From NCBI GenBank assembly GCA_963720565.1, contig CAVRFW010000005.1, positions 128,001-192,000 on the forward strand: a stretch of DNA of 64,000 nt, given 5' to 3'. Below, piece by piece: positions 52,874 through 62,018 of this stretch. Made by a program: the position numbers and the translations under genes. The notes below the pieces were generated by a model. It worked only from the letters and a program-made list of their open reading frames with translations, was not told the origin of the DNA and ran no database searches. Origin of the DNA: Candidatus Bathyarchaeota archaeon (GTDB lineage Archaea; Thermoproteota; Bathyarchaeia; Bathyarchaeales; Bathycorpusculaceae). Each line of letters begins with the position of its first letter. Position 1 is the first letter of the stretch.

Positions 52874-53798
52874 CTACTGTACGATTTTTTCCCAGCCCTT
52901 GACGAAGTCAAGGTATTCTTGTACTGGTTTGCCGCCGTAGCTTCTTAGACGTTCGCGAAGTTCGACTTGGGCGAGTGCTGCTTTCTGGAAGTCGGTGATT
53001 TGGCTGGCTTTCTCAGTCAGGTAGAGGAGGTTGTCTACGCCTGCGCGTGCCATGCGGACTGATACCGTGAGCAGTTCGCTTGGTGTGGGGACTTCTCGCG
53101 GGTCGTCGCCTGGACCGAACACGTAGAGTGAGATGTTTAGCGGTACTTCTTTGAAGAGTTTTTTGAATGCGCGGGTGAGCATTTCCCAGTACCATGGGGT
53201 GGCGTAGTTTTTGCTGAACATGACTACGAGGAATTCGTCGGTTAGTGGGGCTAGGTCGTCGAAGTTTATGCCGAAGCGTTCGTAGCTGCGTGACTGGGTC
53301 TGGAAGGACGCCGATGACGAATTTCTTCTTTGCGCGGTCGCGTACTCGTTCGCTTACTTGTGCCATGTAGTCGGTGACTTCTTTTCTTCTCCATTCGAGC
53401 CAGCTTAAGCCGCTTTTCTTCCATAGGTCGTTGCAGCGTGGGCATGTGCAGTGTCCGTGTTCTGCGAAGTGGATGCTGTTTAGCCATACTCCTGGGCTGT
53501 GGCGTGCGACTTCTTCGATGTAGTCTAGTTGTTCTGCTCGGTGTTCTGGTTGGGTTGGCAGAGGATGTCCCAGCGGACGTTAAAGTTGTTGTTGGTTCTC
53601 CATGCTGGACCAAGGGGTGATTGGCGAGATCCAGTCGGGGTGGTTGCGTGCGGTGACGTTGTCGCCGAAGATGGCGATGTTGCTGTACATGTCTGGCTGA
53701 GGTGGCATTCGTCTGCCTACTTCAGGTTTAACTCGGAATAATTGAAAGTCAAAACCTGTCGTTTTCTCTGGTAGGAAAGTGTATGTGCCGAATTTCAT
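52874..53798 (-). pseudogene. Glycoside-hydrolase-like barrel protein with about three frameshifts
   Basis: Reconstructed: MKFGTYTF...HPDWIS / QSPLGPAWRTNNNFNVRWDILC / QPEHRAEQLDYIEEVA...HCTCPRC...LPDPVT / SYERFGINFDDL...MFSKNY. Confidence 0.6.
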
Positions 53799-54040
53799 CT
53801 TTTTGCACCTTTTACCATGCAAAACGTTAGCGCGGTTATAAAGTTTTGTATAAAATACGTCGTCATCGCTTTTCTCAATAGATTTCCTTGGCCGAGTAAG
53901 GTTTGACAGCTATGGATCTATCTCTGGTAATGGCACGGCAACTTCGTTGAATTGACTACAGGTTCGATACTAGTTGCCAAGTCTCCAACTGGCACATTAG
54001 GGAATCTAGTTTGCTGGCCTTTTTCATGGTTGCCGGAAAA

Positions 54041-54071
54041 TGGTGCGGGGGGTAGGGACTTGCACCCTATG
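54041..54071 (-). repeat. Degenerate tRNA 3'-end copy (att-like)
   Basis: CATAGGGTGCAAGTCCCTACCCCCCGCACCA versus tRNA-Leu 3' end CGTGGGTTCAAATCCCACCTCCCGCACCA, same orientation. Confidence 0.6.
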
Positions 54072-54111
54072 CTGATTGGCGACGTCTCCCGGGATCCCCT
54101 CTTTTTCCCAA

Positions 54112-57100
54112 TTATTCTTCTGTCAGAGGTATCTCGTCTTTCAGATGTTTTTGACCGGTCATTCTCTTTATCCTGAGGAAACTCGCTGTGCCTTTGGGAG
54201 TTTCTTTTTCGTAGATGTCTATTTCGCCGTCGAACAAGCCAAGGACAGCTTCGAATTCTTCCGACGGATGCATCCTTGGATTAACGGTTGCCAGCACCGT
54301 GAAGCCCTTAGACTTTAATGTTGGCAGAAGCGCGCTTAGCCAGCGTCTTGTGGTAACGGCGTGGTGCTGCAACAACGCGTCTGAGACTATGTCGATGCAG
54401 GCTCTCTTCGGACCTGTCGCTGAAGGCTCGAGCGTGCGGAAAGCCTTGGTTACTGCGATGTCTATGTCTGTGAGGTTTTCTACGCCCTTGAGTTTGAAAA
54501 CGTTCGGTGCGTTTCGGATAATGGTGTCAGCTTGGGGGCTGCATAGGAACAAGTAGAAACCTTCATATTTTGAAGATAGCATTTTTGTGTTTTCAGCTTC
54601 TGCCGTTATGTTAAAGGTTGTTTCACCCGCTTCTGCTCCTGTCTCGAGGAAGCGTTTAATTAGCAGTGATCTTTCGTCGCTGGAAGGTGCAGCCAGAACG
54701 ACGGCGTAGTTTTCCGGTAAGCCTCCTAGGAGGATGTGGTCGAGGTCTGGGGTTCCGCTAGATATTTTGGCCGCTGCTCTTTCTTTTGTTACAGGCGGAT
54801 TTGCTGTTATGGTGACTGGTGGGAGGTTGAAGGTTTTGGTTTCGCCCAGGTCATCCACGTAGACAGCTTGCGGGTTCAGAGTGTAAGTTCCAGCTTTCAG
54901 GCATCTCAAGGTGAGTTTTACTGTGTTGACTTGGAAAGCGCCGACTTCCCTGTTTTCCATCTTAATGGTGTCGCCCTGTATGATGCACCAAGGTGACGAC
55001 GAGGTAACTTTGAGGTCGTCGAGAAGCGCGTTCTTGATTTCAACTAGCTGTGCTGGTTTTCTTCCGACGTTTACGCAATCGACGCGCATTTCAAACTCTT
55101 CGCCTACCCCAACTTGTTTGAGCGCCATCACGTTTGCTTGCACGTTAGCGTGTTCAAACCTTGCTTCTATTTCTCGGCGGATTCTCTGCGCCTCTGCAAG
55201 ATGAACCTTAGCCTCCTCAAAACGTTCCTGCTTCTCAAGAGCCCAAGCATAGTCCATTCTAGGACGGAATTCCCATCTAGGACGAGCAACAATAATTGTT
55301 TTTAGAGATTCTAGGAATTTCTCGAATGTCTGATTCGATTCGTTACACCGACCTTCGGCGGCCAATCGGATACCTCTAGTCAATGCCACGTCGGGCACAA
55401 CTAGAAAATGCGACCGAAACTCTTGTGGCAACGTGCCCGTCTTCTCATAATACTCATTTGCTTGCCTCAAATCACCTAGTTTACTGAATATACGGATGAG
55501 GCTTGCATAAGAATTCAAGCGACCCGACATTGCGTCTGTTTTCTTGCCGTACTCTATCGATTTCAAGCCGTAAGACAACGCTTCAACGAGTTTTCCATCG
55601 CGTTCATCGAGATTTGCCAAGGCGTTGCATGCTAGGGACAATTCAGCAAACATGCCGAGTTTTTCTCCATTCCTAAGGACGCTGGTATACGCGTGTCTGG
55701 CTTCGGAATAAAGAAAACAAGTCGCAAACCCAACCCCAGTCCAGTACATGGCTTCTACTTCTCTGCGGGCATCCCCTAGTTCCTTAAAAATGGAGACTGA
55801 TCGCAGAAGTTTGCCTATTCCCTTCTCCTCCAAACCCTCTAGTATCGCGCATAATACGCCACTTCTCCACAAAGCAGTAGCCACATCCGCAAGAGAGTAT
55901 TCCTCCTCAAACACCTGCAGGGCCGCGTCGGAATCAGCCAGGTCCATTTTCGAATTTCCGCTCGGCGCCCAGCCAAACGCTCTTCCTCTATTGACAAGAA
56001 TCCGTGCCATCTCCAGCCGGTCATCTACGCCCAATTCTTCTGCTTTCTTAGCGTATTCCATCAGGAGGTCGGACGCGCCCCAAATGAAGTAAGCCGCATC
56101 CATGGCTTTTCTTATAGCGCGCAATTGCAGGCGACTCGTCTCCAGGGTTGCGAGTTTGTCAAAAGTTTTTACAGCTTCCCTGTACATGCTGTTGGCGGCG
56201 TAGGCGTCTCCCAGTCCCTCCAGCGCCGTTCTTTTCTGTTTATTTTGCCCCTCGGGCAGGTTCTGGAGAGCATACGTGAAATGATCGATGGCTTGAGCGT
56301 TGCTCCACTTCGCGAGTGCGTCTTGTCCTGCAGCTATAGCGTATTTTACTGCTTTTTCTTTGTTGTCTGCCTGTGCGTAGTGGTAGGCCAGTTCGCTTAG
56401 CGGCGATTTCCTATCCTTGGTGGCGCTTTCCAGTTTCTCTGCAACCTTGCTGTGATATGCTCTCTTCAGTGTGGGAGAGACTTCGTCGTATATGGCGTCG
56501 CGTGACCTTGCATGATCAAACCGATACTGTTCGCCTTCGGAGCAAACCAGAGATGTGGCTCGCGCAATCATGTCCAAGGCATCAGCAACTTCAAGATAAT
56601 CCTGACCTAGAATCGAAGCAAGAAGTTCTGTGTCAAACTTCTCTCCGATGACAGAAGCAGCCTCAAGTATCCTCCTCTGGTTGTGAGGCAGCACACTCAG
56701 CCTTTGCAGAATGATGTCTTTTACCTTCTCTGGTAACGCTAGTTCGTCGCTTGCCAGACGCCACTTTTCTTGTTCCATGGTCAAGCCGTTGCATTCTTGA
56801 AGCATTCTCACTGACTCGACAATGAAAAGCGCGTTTCCTTGGCTTTCCTCGGATAGTTTCGCAGCGAAATCTTCCTGGATATCGCCGCCCAGCATGCTTC
56901 CCGCAAGTTCAGAAATACTAGTTGGACTAAGGCCTGCCACCTTGATCTCTTTGTACAGGTCTTCTCGCCTCATCAACCGCATGGTCTCAACAAGCGGGTG
57001 AAATCTCCCCTCAGAGTCAGGCGTTAACTGTTCACTCCTGAATGTTGCCAAGAGAAGGACTCTTTCTGAGCTGATTGCGCGTGCAATGTAATGAATGAGC

Positions 57101-57639
57101 GCCAGCGAGGCGGAATCGGCCCAGTGCAAGTCGTCTATGAAAAGGATTACGGGTTTTCTCGAAGAGATGGCTAAGAGCGTTCTTGTGACTGCAGCAAAGG
57201 TTTGGTCCTTCCACAACTGCGGCGAAATCGCCTGCGCCTTCCCAACCCTCTCGGCTTGATTGGGCCCCGTCGACCAAGTTGTCACTTCCAGTTCTTCTCG
57301 CTTAATCGCTTCATCTTCCCCTGTGAAGTAGGCGTTGAAGGCTTCGAAGAATGGGAAATAGGGGATCGCGGCGTTGCTGAGGCACCAGCCAGTTAACACG
57401 GTGACTCGTTGTTTTCTTGCTCTTTTCAGGAACTCTGTCACGAGTCTTGTTTTTCCGCTTCCTGCCTCGCCGGAGATGAAAAATGTTGTTCCTTTTCCTT
57501 CGATAACAGAATCCAAGCATTGTACGAGCTCTCCAAGTTCGCGTTCTCTTCCAACGAAAGCAGGTTCAGCGTGTATTGCAGTGCCCAATTTCGACTCACC
57601 GTTTGGACTGCGTCCAGCCAGAATATTTGGCTTCTTCAC
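54112..57639 (-). CDS. STAND-type AAA ATPase / TPR / Ig-like / degenerate KaiC-RecA multidomain protein
   Basis: FVGRERE, GEAGSGKT, IDDLHWAD, TPR-like helices, then ISSGTPDLDHILLGGLP...FDGEI. Confidence 0.85.
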   Translation of the reverse strand: MKKPNILAGRSPNGESKLGTAIHAEPAFVGRERELGELVQCLDSVIEGKGTTFFISGEAGSGKTRLVTEFLKRARKQRVTVLTGWCLSNAAIPYFPFFEAFNAYFTGEDEAIKREELEVTTWSTGPNQAERVGKAQAISPQLWKDQTFAAVTRTLLAISSRKPVILFIDDLHWADSASLALIHYIARAISSERVLLLATFRSEQLTPDSEGRFHPLVETMRLMRREDLYKEIKVAGLSPTSISELAGSMLGGDIQEDFAAKLSEESQGNALFIVESVRMLQECNGLTMEQEKWRLASDELALPEKVKDIILQRLSVLPHNQRRILEAASVIGEKFDTELLASILGQDYLEVADALDMIARATSLVCSEGEQYRFDHARSRDAIYDEVSPTLKRAYHSKVAEKLESATKDRKSPLSELAYHYAQADNKEKAVKYAIAAGQDALAKWSNAQAIDHFTYALQNLPEGQNKQKRTALEGLGDAYAANSMYREAVKTFDKLATLETSRLQLRAIRKAMDAAYFIWGASDLLMEYAKKAEELGVDDRLEMARILVNRGRAFGWAPSGNSKMDLADSDAALQVFEEEYSLADVATALWRSGVLCAILEGLEEKGIGKLLRSVSIFKELGDARREVEAMYWTGVGFATCFLYSEARHAYTSVLRNGEKLGMFAELSLACNALANLDERDGKLVEALSYGLKSIEYGKKTDAMSGRLNSYASLIRIFSKLGDLRQANEYYEKTGTLPQEFRSHFLVVPDVALTRGIRLAAEGRCNESNQTFEKFLESLKTIIVARPRWEFRPRMDYAWALEKQERFEEAKVHLAEAQRIRREIEARFEHANVQANVMALKQVGVGEEFEMRVDCVNVGRKPAQLVEIKNALLDDLKVTSSSPWCIIQGDTIKMENREVGAFQVNTVKLTLRCLKAGTYTLNPQAVYVDDLGETKTFNLPPVTITANPPVTKERAAAKISSGTPDLDHILLGGLPENYAVVLAAPSSDERSLLIKRFLETGAEAGETTFNITAEAENTKMLSSKYEGFYLFLCSPQADTIIRNAPNVFKLKGVENLTDIDIAVTKAFRTLEPSATGPKRACIDIVSDALLQHHAVTTRRWLSALLPTLKSKGFTVLATVNPRMHPSEEFEAVLGLFDGEIDIYEKETPKGTASFLRIKRMTGQKHLKDEIPLTEE

Positions 57640-57714
57640 AAGATTTTACATAAGGTCTTCAAGTATTGAAAAAGTTTGTTACAATTTGCGCCCTGCAACG
57701 GTTGGGGAGCGTGC

Positions 57715-59026
57715 TTATTTGTTCCACGGTCCTTGCCATAGCGGGTACTGGTAGGTTGCTCCTGCCTCTTTCATTAGCGCTGGAGGGGACATTGGCACTT
57801 GGGTTCCATTCTGCCACTGAAAAATGGCCATCATCAAGTAATCCTCAATTGGGCTATTCGGAGCACCTGACCCCACCAATACATCATGCGAAGAAGTAAA
57901 CATAAAATGCCTAGCCATGCTGAGTCTCCACATTCGTCGTCTCCAAAGCTTTGATTACGGCTTCGGTCTCAGTCGTCCCTGCTCGCTCGATAGCGTCAGG
58001 GAGAATAATCCGCACCGTATCGTAGGCGGGAATCGCAGTGCTGCCTGCCAATTCTCCCCATCTTTGAAAATACGCTTCACGAGTGGGCAGTGTCTTGTTA
58101 GTCACTGGGTACCCTGCAACTGCAGGCGACGCAGCGGCAGAGATGGTGTCGCACTTCCCTTCAGTCAACTCCCATCCTGTAGGTCCTGCTGCTGATCCCA
58201 AGACTCCCCAAACTACGAACGGCGATTGACGGTCAAACCACTCTTTAACAAATAGAACGTCTCCCTGCGTAATTATGTATGGAACCAGAATTTCTGCTCC
58301 CGATGCTTCGATGGCGGCAAGGTAGCTTGTGAAATCAGTGGTTCCAAAGCTATACGGGGTATTGTAAACTACTTTGAAGCCATAGTTGGAGAGAGCCTGG
58401 TTCAGATTTGATGCCACTGCCTTTCCAACTGGAAAATCGTCGAATAGGAGTGCAACTTTTGTGAAGCCGGTGTAGTTTCCAACGGTGATGATGCCGCGCA
58501 GTAGTCCGGCAGCTGATGCGGTGTCGTTTGGTGGAAAAGCTCTGAAGGAGTACTTGTATTTTTGGTAGTTGTCTGAAACTCGCTGCGTATAATTGTCGCC
58601 GCCTCCGAACATGATAAAATGGATTTTCTTGTGTTCGCAACATACATCTTGATAGGCTAGAACGTTTACGCCTCCCATGGATATTATGTAGTCTGCCTTG
58701 TCAACGGTTATCAGCTTGGTTAGGGCGTTGACGCCCACCGATATGTCTGCTCCCGATGAACTGTCGTCGTCTTCGCCAACCACCGTGAGGTTTCGTCCCA
58801 AGACGCCACCTTGAGCGTTTAGTTGTTCGGCAGCCAACACCGCTCCCCGCCAGAGGGATTTTCCAGCGGGCATGTCTAGATCTCCGCAGACGCCGATTAT
58901 GATGTTTTCCGAAGGCGGCAGTCTAGCGCTCCAAAGCATGTAAGCGGCGCCTCCGCCGATGGACGCGACAACGATCATGGCGATCAAGAATGCTGATTGA
59001 ATCTTGGTCAAGGCTCTAGAATTCAT
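57715..59026 (-). CDS. Branched-chain amino acid ABC-type substrate-binding protein, frameshifted near 57922
   Basis: N-terminal TM, GAVLAAEQLNAQGGVLGR, TTDFTSYL, AIERAGT; the C-terminus continues in the 57715-57933 frame. Confidence 0.85.
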
Positions 59027-59214
59027 AGACAGCCCATCCCACCATTCAACTTATGCCGGGAGAAGCAGATATTAAATTTGCTGTCGCCAGAACGAATCAC
59101 CCTGTTTGCTGCTCCGAAACAAGTGGGTTTTAGTCGGCAGCGGCAAACCTCAAGAAACCCAAAATCTTCATTTTAAGCTTATTCTCGCTAAATATGGCTG
59201 AATAGCGCTTATTT

Positions 59215-59302
59215 TGGTGCGGGAGGTGGGATTTGAACCCACGAACGCCTACGCGATAGGGTCCTAAGCCCTACTCCTTTGACCAGACTTGGAGACCCCC
59301 GC
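59215..59302 (-). tRNA. tRNA-Leu(TAG)
   Basis: GCGGGGG/CTCCCGC acceptor, TAGGG-CTTAGGA-CCCTA anticodon arm, long variable arm, encoded CCA. Confidence 0.95.
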
Positions 59303-59423
59303 CGCACGCTGTTTAGGAGGTGAGAATACGTTGGTGTCCTTTAATATTTGTTTAACTATCCCGAGAACCAAACCGCAAGCTCTTTATTTCAAATTGCAGT
59401 TTTGTTCTCAGAGCGTTAGTGAT

Positions 59424-59500
59424 GCCTCGGTAGCCTAGCCCGGTGGGGCGTTACCTTGGTAAGGTAATGGTCGCGGGTCCAAATCCCGCTCGAGGCTCCA
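59424..59500 (+). tRNA. tRNA-Thr(GGT)
   Basis: GCCTCGG/TCGAGGC acceptor, TTACC-TTGGTAA-GGTAA anticodon arm, T loop TCCAAAT, encoded CCA. Confidence 0.93.
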
Positions 59501-59733
59501 CTAAAATCTCCACTAAGACGAGACGTCATCGATTCTTCATTGATACTGGTGAAGTGTTCATTTTTTTCTGCAGGCAATTGCATCTGTTCAAGAGAAAGCG
59601 TGATTGCTTCTTTCTCTTAACTGTAAGTTGAACCATTGGTTTTTTTCCTTTCTGATATATTGCGGAAAAAGAAACTTGCCTTTTATTGGGTTACGACTTC
59701 TTTTTAGATTGTGGAATAGAAGGAGCGGTTTAT

Positions 59734-59877
59734 GTGAGTCGCCTTGAGAAAAGATTAGCTACCCTGTTCGGTTTGCTTCTGAGTCCTTTGTATTTGCTTG
59801 AGGAAAGAGAGCGCAATGAAAGAATGCAGGAAAGAATTAACCGACTGGCACGAAAGACAAGCAATTTCGAAAGCTGA
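59734..59877 (+). CDS. Small hypothetical protein (47 aa)
   Basis: GTG after GGAG; MSRLEKRLATLFGLLLSPLYLLEERERNERMQERINRLARK. Confidence 0.4.
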   Translation: MSRLEKRLATLFGLLLSPLYLLEERERNERMQERINRLARKTSNFES

Positions 59878-60312
59878 AGCATTCTTCTTTTCTTATCTCC
59901 AATCTTAGTTAACCAGCCAAGAAAGACTATTCTATGAGGTTTTGTCGTTTCTCACACATCAACTGCAGCGTATTGAACGACTATGTGCAAAATCGTGTTT
60001 AATGGCGATTAATCATCCATTATCTCCAGCATCGGCTGACCGCAGCAATCCGGATTTCTCTGTTGCTGACAGTTGTGAGAGTGCTTACAATCACAAGACT
60101 CGTAGTCATCTTCGATCTTTCTACCACATGTCTTGCACTGAAACGTCGGCATTCGTGTCCACCAAGAACACACTTTGAAAGGAGACATAAATATCTTCTA
60201 ACTGTAGTCCCAAAAAACCACGTAATACGCTTCTTTTCTATGAGAAAAGGGTGCTAAAATCGATTGTATTAATTTATATATATACCATAAGCAATGAAAT
60301 AAGGAGGATATC

Positions 60313-61056
60313 ATGGCTCTCGTCAGTCTTGGCGACACTTTGTCAATCGTGGCGATAGTAATAACGGTGGTTATCGCCTGTGCAATTGTGATTTTTGCCA
60401 TGCGGAAGCATAGAGAAACCACAAAAAAGCCTAAGCAAGCTGAAAAAGAACCCGCCCTCACTGGGTTGCCATTCAAACTCTCCAAGAGTGTTCAGTCTTC
60501 CGATGCCTCAAGCGCAAAAGATGAACTCAGAATCTTGGAATTGGAGAGAGAAATTCTAAGTGACGCAATAAGACGGCTTTATGAAGCTCACGCGGAAGGC
60601 AAAATCAATGAGCAAGAGCGCGAAAGACTTGCGAGTTCCTACAAGAGTCGTATGATGACCGTGAAAGAATCCATGGCGAAGGACGAAACCGTTGTGGCTT
60701 TGCACGAACTTGAAAGCATGCAAGAAGACCTAATGAAGCTCTTCAGCGAACGCTTCGGCGACTTAAGCTCCAAAGTAGACGAGCTCCGGTCAAAAATTGA
60801 CGTCAAACCCATAAAGGAAATACCGGTAAAAATGCCCCCGCCCGAGGTTCAAATTCCCGAGCAGCTTGAAGTTGCTGAGGAGGAAGAAGAGGAAGAGACG
60901 GCGGAAGAAGGGGGAGAATCAAAACCCAAAAAGAAAAAGAAACCGCTGGCAGAAAGGACAAGCCGAAAAACCGAAGCTGAGAAGAGAATAGATGAGATAA
61001 GGAGCGAAGTAGAGAAGGTTTTAGACAAGCTGGGGCAAATGGAGATTGAAACCTGA
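60313..61056 (+). CDS. Membrane-anchored coiled-coil hypothetical protein
   Basis: GGAGG SD, N-terminal TM, long helical segments, acidic/basic linker. Confidence 0.75.
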   Translation: MALVSLGDTLSIVAIVITVVIACAIVIFAMRKHRETTKKPKQAEKEPALTGLPFKLSKSVQSSDASSAKDELRILELEREILSDAIRRLYEAHAEGKINEQERERLASSYKSRMMTVKESMAKDETVVALHELESMQEDLMKLFSERFGDLSSKVDELRSKIDVKPIKEIPVKMPPPEVQIPEQLEVAEEEEEEETAEEGGESKPKKKKKPLAERTSRKTEAEKRIDEIRSEVEKVLDKLGQMEIET

Positions 61057-61759
61057 AAAGGAACTAGTTGAGAGCCAGAAGAGAAATGCGGCTTTGGAAG
61101 CGGTCAAGCACGTTAAGGACCGATTTATAGTTGGTTTGGGTAGCGGAAGCACAGCCGCCTATGCGATAGAAGCAATAGGGGAAAGAATAAGGCGCGAGAA
61201 CCTGGTCCTGATGGCGGTGCCGACTTCATATCAAGCGTTCTTGTTGGCAGCCAAATGTGGCGTTCCCTTAACAACCCTTGAGGAACACCCGATAATCGAT
61301 TTGACAATTGATGGTGCTGACCAGATAGACCCGAAGCTAAACTTGATTAAAGGCATGGGCGCTGCATTAGCGAGAGAGAAAATAGTCGCTTCAATGTCAA
61401 GAAAAAACGTAATAATCGCCGATGAAAGCAAGAAAGTCAAATTTCTTGGCGAGAATAATCATCCGGTGCCGGTTGAAGTTCTGCCTTTTGCAATCACCGC
61501 TGTAAAACAGAAAATTGAGAAAATTGGGGGAAAAGCCGTTTTGAGAGAGGGGAACGGAAAGCTCGGACCGGTGATAACGGATAACGGAAATGCCCTCATA
61601 GAAGCGTTTTTCGGGGTAATAGACAATGCTGCAGACTTGGAAAAGAAAGTTAAGATGATTCCAGGCGTGATTGAAACTGGTTTGTTCGTCGGTTTATCAG
61701 ACACTGCATACGTGGGAACTGTTTCGTCCGTAGTCAGGATTGAGAAAAAAACAGATTAA
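61046..61759 (+). CDS. rpiA: Ribose-5-phosphate isomerase A
   Basis: GLGSGST, DGADQ, KGMGAALAREK. Confidence 0.95.
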   Translation: MKPEKELVESQKRNAALEAVKHVKDRFIVGLGSGSTAAYAIEAIGERIRRENLVLMAVPTSYQAFLLAAKCGVPLTTLEEHPIIDLTIDGADQIDPKLNLIKGMGAALAREKIVASMSRKNVIIADESKKVKFLGENNHPVPVEVLPFAITAVKQKIEKIGGKAVLREGNGKLGPVITDNGNALIEAFFGVIDNAADLEKKVKMIPGVIETGLFVGLSDTAYVGTVSSVVRIEKKTD

Positions 61760-61875
61760 AGCTGTGTTCCAAAACTATACCGAGATTCAGCATCATTTTT
61801 GTGTCGCTTACTGATTAGTCCTCCGAAACGCTTTTATCAGCGAAATAACGTCTTTTGAGCAAGGTTCGAAGCTAC

Positions 61876-61959
61876 ATGCTAAATCGTGAAAGTCAAAAGC
61901 AGAGTCATCATCGAATGTTTTCTAGCTTCGGATACTACTTTTATTATTATTTTTGCTGA
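61876..61959 (+). CDS. Putative Tyr/Phe-rich leader peptide
   Basis: MLNRESQKQSHHRMFSSFGYYFYYYFC*; TATA-like TTTTATCA at about 61832 upstream; hairpin immediately downstream. Confidence 0.7.
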   Translation: MLNRESQKQSHHRMFSSFGYYFYYYFC

Positions 61960-62002
61960 GCCCAGAACCAAAAAAATTTCATGTTAAGGTTTCTGGGCGC
62001 AA
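61953..62002 (+). promoter_or_regulatory. Leader hairpin
   Basis: GCCCAGAA 61960-61967 pairs with TTCTGGGC 61991-61998; TTGC 61953-61956 can pair with GCAA 61999-62002. Confidence 0.65.
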
Positions 62003-62018
62003 GGATAGTTGATAATTA

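Noticed and set aside
54041..54101. Complete or selenocysteine tRNA
   Set aside because: Only a T-arm and 3' acceptor strand are present; there is no matching 5' strand, D arm or anticodon arm.
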